Source of the DNA: Deferribacterales bacterium
GTDB lineage: Bacteria; Chrysiogenota; Deferribacteres; Deferribacterales; Geovibrionaceae
DNA: 64,000 nt
Direction: 5' to 3'
Assembly: GCA_050251875.1 (NCBI GenBank)
Contig: JBFWMA010000001.1
Span: forward strand, 32,001-96,000
How positions within the stretch are numbered: position 1 is the stretch's first letter; the number at the start of each line of letters is the position of its first letter. The notes below the pieces were generated by a model, which did not search any database, was not told where the DNA came from, and was given only the letters and a program-made list of their open reading frames with translations. Positions 37,365 to 46,023 of the stretch are shown piece by piece. The translations under genes and the position numbers were made by a program.

Positions 37365-40085
37365 TCATTCATTGGACTCGGCGGCAAGGCTGGAGATCGG
37401 GATGATCTTGCAGAAGCCGCTGAAAACGCTCTCCGGATTAGTCTCATACTGATGTTTGAACTCTTTCAGGCTGGCGTTGTACTCTTCGTCTATATCCACG
37501 CCGGAAAAAGCGTCCAGAAATCCGTCTATATGGTGTCTGAGAAACTCGGTGTCCGCCAGCGTCAGATACTCTATCCTGCGCACACCCACTCCCAGCTGTT
37601 CATCCGCCACACTGCCTCTGATATACGCCGCTCCGGCTGTCATGCCGCTGCACACATAATATCCGATGGGCATCTCTCTGTTGACTATGTTCAGCACTAT
37701 ACCGATACCGCCCTGAGCGTATTCCATGAAATAGTCGCCCATGCCTTTTTCGTGACCCAGACCGTATACCGCCACGGGGGGCTTACGGTTGTGGAGTTTC
37801 TGTTCGAATGTTTTCAGGAAATCCGCCCATGTGCTTCTCACACGTCTGGCACGTCTCTTCTGATAGCGTCTGATGAGCTCGTTGAGAATTTCGTTCTTGT
37901 CAGCTCCCTGATATCTCTCCACATCGATGTTTTTCCAGTCTTCCGGCAATCCCGCCTTCATAAGCAGAAGGTTGCGCACGCCGCCGCTCTTCGCCACTCT
38001 GAAAGTTCCGCTGACGGAATAAGCGGCGAAAAGGTCGCTCACGTCTCCCGCTATGTTTATCTCTGACGGGTTCGATGTGTTGGCGACACCCACCTGAGCG
38101 TTCGCCGGAACGCATGTGATGGTGGAGTGGTTGGGGATCACGTTGATCTTAACATCACGCACAAATGCGAAGGCGTGGTTGCCCACCAGCCCTCTCACGG
38201 TGATCTCGTCACATTTAACGCCTGTGCCGATGGTTCTCTGCCCCATCACGTTGTCCAGATAAAATTTTCTGACGCCCCTGTCGGAAGCCTCCTTCATCAG
38301 GTGGTTCAGGTGCATGGATTCTATCTGGTCGAAACCAACGTCTATCTTCAGACTGTCGCCGTCTATATTTTTAAGAATTTTATCAAATTGGTCAGTATTT
38401 TCCGTAAATACAGCCTCTCTGGTTTTGAATATCTTTTTGGTGCGTTCCTTCACAGACACATGGGGAACCTGTTTCGGAAATTCGCCTCTGCCGAATGTTT
38501 CGAACAGCAGGGGATCACTGCCGTGATAACGGAAGCGTCTGGCGCCTATGACATCGGCGTGGTTGGACATTCCCAGTCCCGCCGCCATGCCTTCCATGTC
38601 TTCGTGAAAACTTTTAATCATCTTCACTATTCCGTCACTGGCTGTGACAGGGTCGATTCTGTGTCCGTATTTTCTGGATGTAATGCCCCAGGCGCACTGA
38701 CCTGTGTGGCATCTCTGGCAGAGTGTGCATCCCAGAACATGCAGGGTGCGCATGCCCAGCCCCACGAAGTCAGCCCCGGCAAGCATGGCGAGCATAGCTC
38801 CGAAAGAGTCCATCACGCCGCCCTCGGCTATGATGCTGACATGTTCCCTGAGCCCCTCCTGACGCAGAGCCAGATCGGCTTTGTGTGTCAGATAGACTAT
38901 GTTCAGACCTCTGTTCTGAAGATCCACAAGGTGAGCCGCTCCGGTGGAGCCGTCTCCCGCTTTCACTGTGATATAGTCGAAGCCCGCCTTGGCAATGGCA
39001 ACGCATATCTCAGGGAAGTTCCACGCTGTGCCGTATACGTCTGCGCCTATCAGCTTGTCATCGCCCAGAAGCGCTCTGAGAGATTCCACCCTCATGGGGA
39101 GCTCTTCGATGGAGTACTGAAGGTGCTGGGGGTTGGGCGAGCTCAGGTGTCTGAGCGCCTCCACACAGCGGAGCAGGGCTATTTCATAGTCGTTTTTCTT
39201 ATCCTGAAGACGTCCGCCTTTGCCCTTTTTGGCGTCCTGTCCGTATTTCATGGAGAATCCGGCGAATTTATCCAGCTCCACCCATGGACCGAATCCGCCT
39301 GAGCCGAACTGAAGGATACAGTGTCCGGCGGCGGGCATCATATCCGGATGTATGAAACCCTCTCCTGTGAAGAAGGGTCTGCCCAGCTTGATACACGCCA
39401 TCATACGGGCGAGAACCGCCTCGTGGCTGTTTGATCCGTATGACTGGTGAACGTCCATTATCGGCACATCGCATTTGAAACGGGCTGTTCTTTTGCCCAG
39501 AGTCATTCCCCGCATCTGTCCGGCGTATTCGTTCATGTGGTCTCTGGTGGGGGACAGAATTTCTGCGGCGTCTATCAGCCAGTCGGTGTAGAGCTTTGAT
39601 TTGCCTCTGCCCATGTGCGCAGATGAAACGGTGGATTTCCCGGCGGCGCGGCTGATTATGTTGTTTATCTCTTCGTGACCTGTGAGCGTCACGCCTATGT
39701 CGTGGTAGTCAGGGTTTTCATATACCTTGATAGCTCTCTGGGGGCACATCTTCACGCATCTTTTACAGTTGCAGCACTCGTCCGGATTTATCCAGAGTAT
39801 CTTTTCCAGTATGCGTATGCTGTCTGAGTCATCGGACGCGACTCTGTTTCCGTCTGCGTCATAGCATATCTCTTCCATGCTGAAAACGCCCGTGGCGGAA
39901 GCCGGATCGGTGATGTTATGGGTGCATGCCTCCACGCAGGTTCCGCAGTGTACGCATCCTCTGCCGGGCTCTTCTATCTCGTCCGTCACCTTCACCCAGT
40001 ATTTCGCTCCCTGAGCGTATATGCCTCTCGACTCAGGCTCTGAGTATTTTATATGTCTTTGAAATACAACATCTTTATTTATCAT
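37365..40085 (-). CDS. Glutamate-synthase-like protein: ferredoxin + FMN-binding synthase domain + GXGXG beta-helix (GltB2-GltB3 fusion)
   Basis: CVHCGTCVEAC and CCNCKRCVKMCP, KYGQDAKKGKGG, YSIEEL, GSTGAA, CTLCQRCHTGQC..GI, GDYFMEYAQGG, GMTAGA.YIRG. Confidence 0.85.
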   Translation of the reverse strand: MINKDVVFQRHIKYSEPESRGIYAQGAKYWVKVTDEIEEPGRGCVHCGTCVEACTHNITDPASATGVFSMEEICYDADGNRVASDDSDSIRILEKILWINPDECCNCKRCVKMCPQRAIKVYENPDYHDIGVTLTGHEEINNIISRAAGKSTVSSAHMGRGKSKLYTDWLIDAAEILSPTRDHMNEYAGQMRGMTLGKRTARFKCDVPIMDVHQSYGSNSHEAVLARMMACIKLGRPFFTGEGFIHPDMMPAAGHCILQFGSGGFGPWVELDKFAGFSMKYGQDAKKGKGGRLQDKKNDYEIALLRCVEALRHLSSPNPQHLQYSIEELPMRVESLRALLGDDKLIGADVYGTAWNFPEICVAIAKAGFDYITVKAGDGSTGAAHLVDLQNRGLNIVYLTHKADLALRQEGLREHVSIIAEGGVMDSFGAMLAMLAGADFVGLGMRTLHVLGCTLCQRCHTGQCAWGITSRKYGHRIDPVTASDGIVKMIKSFHEDMEGMAAGLGMSNHADVIGARRFRYHGSDPLLFETFGRGEFPKQVPHVSVKERTKKIFKTREAVFTENTDQFDKILKNIDGDSLKIDVGFDQIESMHLNHLMKEASDRGVRKFYLDNVMGQRTIGTGVKCDEITVRGLVGNHAFAFVRDVKINVIPNHSTITCVPANAQVGVANTSNPSEINIAGDVSDLFAAYSVSGTFRVAKSGGVRNLLLMKAGLPEDWKNIDVERYQGADKNEILNELIRRYQKRRARRVRSTWADFLKTFEQKLHNRKPPVAVYGLGHEKGMGDYFMEYAQGGIGIVLNIVNREMPIGYYVCSGMTAGAAYIRGSVADEQLGVGVRRIEYLTLADTEFLRHHIDGFLDAFSGVDIDEEYNASLKEFKHQYETNPESVFSGFCKIIPISSLAAESNE

Positions 40086-41277
40086 TTTTCTTCCACCCGT
40101 AGTCCAGTGATTCTACTGTTTTGTTCTTCACTGTGAAGCCGACTATGCGTCCCGCCTCCGGATCGAACATCTTCAGCTCTTCGTGCATGAAATATGCGGC
40201 GGATATCACCGCTCTCTGTTCCGAGCCGAGCAGGGCTATCTTGTCGTTCACGCCGACAGAAAAAGATCTGAGGTGGTCTCTGTCGGTGAATCCCACCAGA
40301 ACATCGTCCACCAGAGTGATCGCCGTTGCCGGACCGCTCATCTTCATGCGGAAGAGAATCGGGTCGCTCATCAGCTCGTTGTATCTCTCACGTTTTTCCT
40401 CTGTCATTCCTTTCAGTTCCTGAGGAAATTTTCGGCAGATGATCCACTCTATCTCTTCCAGAGAATATCCCTGACGGAGCAGATATGACACGGCGAGGAA
40501 AATTCCCTCGGAATCAGTGCCGACTGTGAGCATTATATTGAGCTGTTCCAGCGCTCTGGCGTTCGCCATGTCGCTGGAGAGGTGACCGTTGTGAACGCCC
40601 GCTACCTCGCCCAGAGATATGGGCTGGGGTCCCCACCAGAGTCCTCTTCCCTGGCTGGTGGGCCAGCGAAGGTGGATGAGGCAGGCGTCATAGAACCTGT
40701 CCTCGTACTGGGGCAGGTCATAGATGTCTATGGTGTCCTGAAGCTCGAAAGCGGTGAGGAATGTACCGTTGTTCTTCGAGCTGGAAAATATTCTGGCATC
40801 GTCTATATACTGTTTGTTGAACCTGCTGACGATGGTGGCTATGTATTTGCCCTCGTCAGATATCTTTTCACGGAACATCATCTCCTCCGCAGACGGGGGG
40901 ATGATGCTGTAGTGCATGATAACGGGCAGGTCGTATTCGTAATAATATTTTCTCTGCACCATGTCACGCTTCTCGAGGATGCGCAGGCCCTCGGCGGCGA
41001 GCACCTGCTCCAGCTCGGATATTTTTCCGGCGGAACGGAACATGATGTGGAAATTATAAAAACCTGAATCTTTGTAAAGACTTTTCAGGGTGACGCCGGC
41101 GCCTGTGCGACCTCTGTACTGAAGACATCTGGCGGCTTTCAGAAGGGCACTCAGCTTGAAATCGCCCGCCACGGCGAGAAGCCCGCAGGCTCCTTTGGGC
41201 AGACCGAGCTCGCCTCCGGAAAAATCGTTTACGCTCAGCTCTCTGGAGCGGGAGAATTCGTCATTCTTAATTATCAT
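40075..41277 (-). CDS. Class II (Ntn) glutamine amidotransferase, GltB1-like
   Basis: A|CGL N-terminal nucleophile after a propeptide, RG..GAG, HLRWPT, HNG, TDSE, DR..LR, SE. Confidence 0.85.
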   Translation of the reverse strand: MIIKNDEFSRSRELSVNDFSGGELGLPKGACGLLAVAGDFKLSALLKAARCLQYRGRTGAGVTLKSLYKDSGFYNFHIMFRSAGKISELEQVLAAEGLRILEKRDMVQRKYYYEYDLPVIMHYSIIPPSAEEMMFREKISDEGKYIATIVSRFNKQYIDDARIFSSSKNNGTFLTAFELQDTIDIYDLPQYEDRFYDACLIHLRWPTSQGRGLWWGPQPISLGEVAGVHNGHLSSDMANARALEQLNIMLTVGTDSEGIFLAVSYLLRQGYSLEEIEWIICRKFPQELKGMTEEKRERYNELMSDPILFRMKMSGPATAITLVDDVLVGFTDRDHLRSFSVGVNDKIALLGSEQRAVISAAYFMHEELKMFDPEAGRIVGFTVKNKTVESLDYGWKKNDK

Positions 41278-42988
41278 CTTCGCACTCCCCGCCCAGAACT
41301 TCGCAGGCTTTGATATATTGTTTCCGGCGGAACTCGTCCAGCTTAGACCCTTCCTGTGTCACGGTGAGGGCTGATCTGGGGCATGCTTCCACACTTTTGT
41401 ATGTGGCGGAGCAGAGTTTTTCCTCCAGAAATTCGTAGAAATGCTCATCCTGTGCCGGAGACCATTCACGGTTCAGCTTTATCAGCGATCCGTCAGAATA
41501 GTGGTAGCACCAGTCGCACTGTATGCAGATTCCGCAGTTAAAACATCTGGACGACATCAGCATAGCCATGTCCTCGTCCACTGTTTTCACCACTTCGTCA
41601 AAGTTGCCAACCCGTTTTTCGATGGGGAGTTCCTCCTCCACCAGACGTCCGAGGGTGTCGAAATATTTTGTATTGAGCGTTTTGTAGAAGGCTGTGTCAC
41701 GCTTGGGAGCGGCGGGTATGGTTTCGCCGAGATATTCCCTGACGGCTTTCGCTGTGTCCTGCGCCAGCCCCACCACACGCACCACCATTCCGGTGTTGTC
41801 TGTGGCGCCCATGGCGGCGTCTCCCGTGATGAATATTTTTCCTGATTCATCGGACTGGAGATCGGGACAGATCATTCTGGGAAAATCAACCGTAAAACGC
41901 TCACCCACAAAGTGCATGTCGGGTCTGTCGCCCACGGCGAGCACTATGCGGTCGAACTCCATCTCCTCCAGCAGACCGGAAACGGCGAAGGGCTTTGCCC
42001 TGCCTGTTTCGTCCACGGGACCCAGCTTCATCACCTGTGTGATGAGCTTCAGCTTGTTTCCGTGTTTTTCTATGCGCATGGGAGAGCGGAGAAAGCTGTA
42101 TTTCACGCCCTCTTTCTTGGTGTCTTCCACCTCTCCTTTGTGCGCTGTCATCTCGCCCACGGTACGGCGGTAGACAACGGTGGGCTCTGCGCCCAGACGC
42201 ACGGAGCATCTGGCAACGTCTATGGCGGAGTATCCGCCGCCGATGACGCCTATCTTTTCGCCCGGTTTTATCTTCAGCTTTTCGGCATGACCGAAGTTGA
42301 TCTCTCTTAAGAATGGAATGGCTGATTCCACTCCGGTGTACTGTTCGCCCTCGATTCCCAGCTCCACGGGTTTGTGAGCGCCGGACGCCACTATCACGGC
42401 GTCATATTCACGGGCGAGATTCAGAAATTTGTTCTTGTCCACGGATTCGCCGCACTTGATGTTAACCCCTGCGGCTTTGATAAATTCCAGCTCTTTCTCA
42501 AAAACCTCTCTGGGATATCTGAACGCCGGGATGCCCTGGGTCAGAAGTCCGCCGGGGGTTGTCTGTTTTTCATATACGTCCGTGCGGTAGCCTTCCTTAG
42601 CCAGAAAATACGCGGCGGCGAGTCCCGCCGGACCGGATCCTATCACCGCTACTTTTTTGCCTTTCTGCTGAGCTGTCGTTTTCGGCTTGAGCCCTTCGGC
42701 GTATCCACGGTCGGAGACATAGCGCTCCATCGCCTTGATATCCACCGGTTGATCGAACTTGGTTCTGTTGCACGCCGTCTCGCAGGGGTGGTCGCAGAAG
42801 CGTCCGCAGCCGGAGCTGAAAGGGTTGGTCTCTTTCAATACATAAAAAGCCTCCTCGAACCTGCCCAGCGAGGCAAGATAGAGGAAACGGGGTATGTCGT
42901 TTCTGGCATAGCATCCGTGGTTGCCCAGATGATCTCTGGCATAGCACGGGCTTACCTTGTTGTAATATAAAGGAAAAAGTTTTTTCAC
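41267..42988 (-). CDS. FAD/NAD(P)H oxidoreductase, GltD/DsrL-like
   Basis: NPF...CGRFC.HPCE.AC, VIGSGPAGL, GIPAFR, VIGGGYSAIDVAR, YRR, and C-terminal RCFNCGICIQCDWC. GTG at 42988 follows GGAGG. Confidence 0.88.
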   Translation of the reverse strand: MKKLFPLYYNKVSPCYARDHLGNHGCYARNDIPRFLYLASLGRFEEAFYVLKETNPFSSGCGRFCDHPCETACNRTKFDQPVDIKAMERYVSDRGYAEGLKPKTTAQQKGKKVAVIGSGPAGLAAAYFLAKEGYRTDVYEKQTTPGGLLTQGIPAFRYPREVFEKELEFIKAAGVNIKCGESVDKNKFLNLAREYDAVIVASGAHKPVELGIEGEQYTGVESAIPFLREINFGHAEKLKIKPGEKIGVIGGGYSAIDVARCSVRLGAEPTVVYRRTVGEMTAHKGEVEDTKKEGVKYSFLRSPMRIEKHGNKLKLITQVMKLGPVDETGRAKPFAVSGLLEEMEFDRIVLAVGDRPDMHFVGERFTVDFPRMICPDLQSDESGKIFITGDAAMGATDNTGMVVRVVGLAQDTAKAVREYLGETIPAAPKRDTAFYKTLNTKYFDTLGRLVEEELPIEKRVGNFDEVVKTVDEDMAMLMSSRCFNCGICIQCDWCYHYSDGSLIKLNREWSPAQDEHFYEFLEEKLCSATYKSVEACPRSALTVTQEGSKLDEFRRKQYIKACEVLGGECEDDN

Positions 42989-43110
42989 CGATACCTCCCT
43001 CAACGTATGCGGTTATTACATGTGTGTCTTAAAGTATAACGCAGAAATATAATAGAATCATTAAAAGACATGTTCAATATGAAATGCTAAGGATTAAGAT
43101 AAAATTTGTC

Positions 43111-43533
43111 TTAAATATTAAGTTTACATGACCTCGCCAGCGCCAGCAGCTTTTCCACGGCTGTGCGGACGTCCGATTCGGCTGTGTCTGTCTGCTCCAT
43201 GCAGGATATCACCGCCCGTGAAGCGGCGGTCAGGGCGTCAGCGGACGCTTCCGTGCCTGTCTGGGGTCTGTTCTGGGTTTCCGGCAGTCTGTAGACACAG
43301 CAGCCCATGTCGGCGGCTATGACGGAGAGCACTTCGGCGCATCTGTGGTTTATCATTACCTGAAGAAAATTTTCCAGCGTGGCTGACTTGGTGCTGTCAT
43401 AAGCATAGTTTTTTATCTGGTTTTCTGATATGCCCAGTTCCTTCGCCAGACGCTCTCTGCGAATCCCCTTTCTGTTTACTTCTTTGAACAGGACGCCGCT
43501 GATGTCGCATGCGTATTTTCTGTAATCGACCAT
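43111..43533 (-). CDS. HTH DNA-binding protein, resembling the phage regulatory CII (CP76) family
   Basis: HTH RERLAKELGISENQIKNY followed by the L..IA..MG...Y.LP pattern. Confidence 0.5.
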   Translation of the reverse strand: MVDYRKYACDISGVLFKEVNRKGIRRERLAKELGISENQIKNYAYDSTKSATLENFLQVMINHRCAEVLSVIAADMGCCVYRLPETQNRPQTGTEASADALTAASRAVISCMEQTDTAESDVRTAVEKLLALARSCKLNI

Positions 43534-43671
43534 ATTGACCCCCTTAGATTAGATACACAGGGTGATTTCATATCTGTGAATTTTATGCTCATAGCGTATA
43601 ATTATATTCTATACTCAAAAATATATCTTCTGGCAATATAATTTTCTAAAAGTGTATAAAAAGGAGCCGAA

Positions 43672-43938
43672 ATGAAGTCATTTATAATTTCATGCGATTT
43701 CAGAGGCAGGGTTGAGGACGAATCGGCGGCGGCAGGAGTGCTGAACAGATACAACGGCATCAGGATAAAGCGTGATACATGGTACATACTGTCAGACGAC
43801 AGCGCCGGGCATATTTTCGACACGCTGAAAGAAGCGGCTCCGGGCATATATATTTTTCTGGCGGAGCTGACTCAGGGGCAGATGATATCCCAGCCTTGGC
43901 CTGTCCGGTCGTGGTTTAACAAAAACTGCGGAGACTAA
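43672..43938 (+). CDS. Small hypothetical protein, Cas2/VapD-like ferredoxin-fold pattern
   Basis: AAGGAG SD. FIISCDF..TWYI.S..SA..I.D.L..IFLAEL resembles the ISYD..STW pattern of stand-alone Cas2-like proteins. Confidence 0.45.
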   Translation: MKSFIISCDFRGRVEDESAAAGVLNRYNGIRIKRDTWYILSDDSAGHIFDTLKEAAPGIYIFLAELTQGQMISQPWPVRSWFNKNCGD

Positions 43939-43982
43939 AAAATATCCCTTGCGCAATTTTATGTCAGGCTTATGTTAGAAAT

Positions 43983-44157
43983 ATCAGCCAAGGCGGGCAA
44001 ACAAGTGAGAGACGCTTATAAAGTCTCGTGTGAAAGATAAGCCTCGCGCGGTTGTTAAAATAAATGAGGGAGGTAAGACGATTAATACCTCGAAAGTAAG
44101 CCCCCGTTGAAATTGTTCTGAATCAGTCAGAGCAGTGCGGGGGCTTTTAATTTGCCC
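43983..44157 (+). ncRNA. Candidate structured small RNA or leader
   Basis: Upstream TTGCGC-16-TATGTT, several hairpins, and a terminator-like aagcccccg..cgggggctttt. Confidence 0.45.
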
Positions 44158-44232
44158 ATTTTCGTCACTCGACTTTTTCCATATCCTATATTAGATTATT
44201 AACATACCAATTATGATTTAGCGGAGTTCCCG

Positions 44233-46023
44233 ATGACCCGTGTTAAAAACGCCCGAATATTTCTTTTTTACATACCTGTGTCTGTCTGCGCTCTGTGCGC
44301 TTCCGGCTTTTTTCTGTGGCTGGCGGGCGCTGTGGAGCTGACAGCCAACTCTGTGGCTTCCATTGTTTTCGGCTTTACCCTTTCATCCGTCATAATGTTC
44401 AGATACGCCCGGAGAAAGACAGCGGACGAATACACAGGGATGACCGATTTTCTCCGCATCCCCTCCCGTGAGAGACTCTTTCAGGGGGAGGCGGTTTCAT
44501 ATGACATATCCGTGCCGTACGAAGACGGCTATTCATATACCCTGATAAAACCGGAAAAGTGGATGAAGCTCACAGGGGGACGGCTGTTATTTGACGTGCC
44601 GGAGGAACTGCCCGCCGGATTTTACAGATACACTGTGCGCATGACGGAGATAGCGTCCGGAAAATCCGCTGACGTATCAGGCAGGATAGAGGTTATCGCT
44701 CCGGATGTGTTAACCGGAGACGAGATAGAGTCAGGCTTTCTGAAAATAGAATCGTCATCCCCGGTGGACGTGATAACAGGCACAGCTTCTGACGGTTCGC
44801 TCCGCACATGGATATACGCCTCTCTGCCTTCGTTTCTGAAGATTACCGACTGGGGAAACAACCCTGAGTTCAACCGCTGGGGCAGTCCGGACGAAGACGG
44901 TGAAAACGATAATATATTCGAATACGTCTCCATGAGGAGATACGGGCGTTTTCTGATAAAGAAGACTCTCGTTTCCAGCCATAAAGTATTCGGAAACAGG
45001 ATAAAAGGCGACAGATATGATATAAAGGCACTGCCGGACGGGCACATAGGCATGGAGCAGACCATCGCCTCCATGATGACATCCGACAGACCGCTGGTGC
45101 GGGGCAAGGGAATGATTCCGGTGCTGTTCATCCACGGATATAACTCCGGAGCGATGGGCATAGGCGGCGGAAAAAGCACATGGGGCGGACTGCCTCTGAT
45201 GCTGGACAAGAGAAACTATCTGGTGTCCGAGTTCCGCTGGAGAACATCCCAGAGATTTCAGGACGCGGCGGCGGCTCTTGCCGAGGCGACAGATATTTTG
45301 TATCAGGTGACAGGAAACAGGGTTCACTATGTGGCTCATTCTTTCGGCGGGCTTCTCGCCAGAACATATATTCAGGGGCTGGCAGACGGCAAGCCCTATG
45401 CCGGAGACGTGGCGTCTCTGGTGACATTCGGCACGCCTCACTCGGGGATATGTCAGGACGAGTGCATGAGATTCGGGGCGGCGATGCCTGCGGGTCAGTG
45501 TTTCGACATGAGCATCACTTCCCAGATATCAGGTTTTCAGGCCGGGCTGGACATAGAGGGGATGGAATCGTCAGAGATATTCGGCACGGAGCCGGAGGCG
45601 GGATATATCCCCGCCATGCTTTGCGATTTCGTGCGCCACAGGATACCGGACGGCGTCAGGATATGCAACGTGATAGGACTTTCGAACAAAGATATGAGTG
45701 ACGAAACGGAAGACGGCGACAAGGTGATAACATACGGCGGGCAGAGATTCGCCCCCATGCTGACGGTGAGAGGCGTTGAGCCTCTGCTGACAGATTATCA
45801 GGGATTCGGCGGTATTGTGTCCGAGACCGTTCTGGGCGCTTCGGGACGTGACGTGCGCCCGGGGGATCATTTTATATTTTCACCTGATATGTACGGATAT
45901 GTCCACTCTCCGCTCATCGGCAGATACAGACAGTCTGAGGTATATGTGAAGTGCGCCGACCCCAACGTCTGCTCGCACCCCGCCTTTATCCTAATCAGGG
46001 ATTGGTTGGATAAAAACAGCTAG
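44233..46023 (+). CDS. Membrane-anchored alpha/beta-hydrolase (lipase/PGAP1-like)
   Basis: Two N-terminal TM segments, VLFIHGY, nucleophile AHSFGG, GTPHSG, GDKVI, and a late His. Confidence 0.8.
   Translation: MTRVKNARIFLFYIPVSVCALCASGFFLWLAGAVELTANSVASIVFGFTLSSVIMFRYARRKTADEYTGMTDFLRIPSRERLFQGEAVSYDISVPYEDGYSYTLIKPEKWMKLTGGRLLFDVPEELPAGFYRYTVRMTEIASGKSADVSGRIEVIAPDVLTGDEIESGFLKIESSSPVDVITGTASDGSLRTWIYASLPSFLKITDWGNNPEFNRWGSPDEDGENDNIFEYVSMRRYGRFLIKKTLVSSHKVFGNRIKGDRYDIKALPDGHIGMEQTIASMMTSDRPLVRGKGMIPVLFIHGYNSGAMGIGGGKSTWGGLPLMLDKRNYLVSEFRWRTSQRFQDAAAALAEATDILYQVTGNRVHYVAHSFGGLLARTYIQGLADGKPYAGDVASLVTFGTPHSGICQDECMRFGAAMPAGQCFDMSITSQISGFQAGLDIEGMESSEIFGTEPEAGYIPAMLCDFVRHRIPDGVRICNVIGLSNKDMSDETEDGDKVITYGGQRFAPMLTVRGVEPLLTDYQGFGGIVSETVLGASGRDVRPGDHFIFSPDMYGYVHSPLIGRYRQSEVYVKCADPNVCSHPAFILIRDWLDKNS

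Noticed and set aside
37452..39302. Plus-strand ORFs of 204 and 391 aa opposite the glutamate-synthase-like gene, and similar ones at 54956-55891 and 61573-62331
   Set aside because: Entirely antisense to well-supported genes, with no family signatures.
43985..44055. c-di-GMP-I (GEMM) riboswitch, suggested by GGCAAAC and GACGC
   Set aside because: There is no proper GNRA-capped P2 between the motifs and no GCAAAGC or tetraloop receptor. Kept only as an unassigned structured RNA.
43111..46023. Intact prophage or integrative element
   Set aside because: No integrase, terminase, structural genes or att-like flanking repeats are visible.
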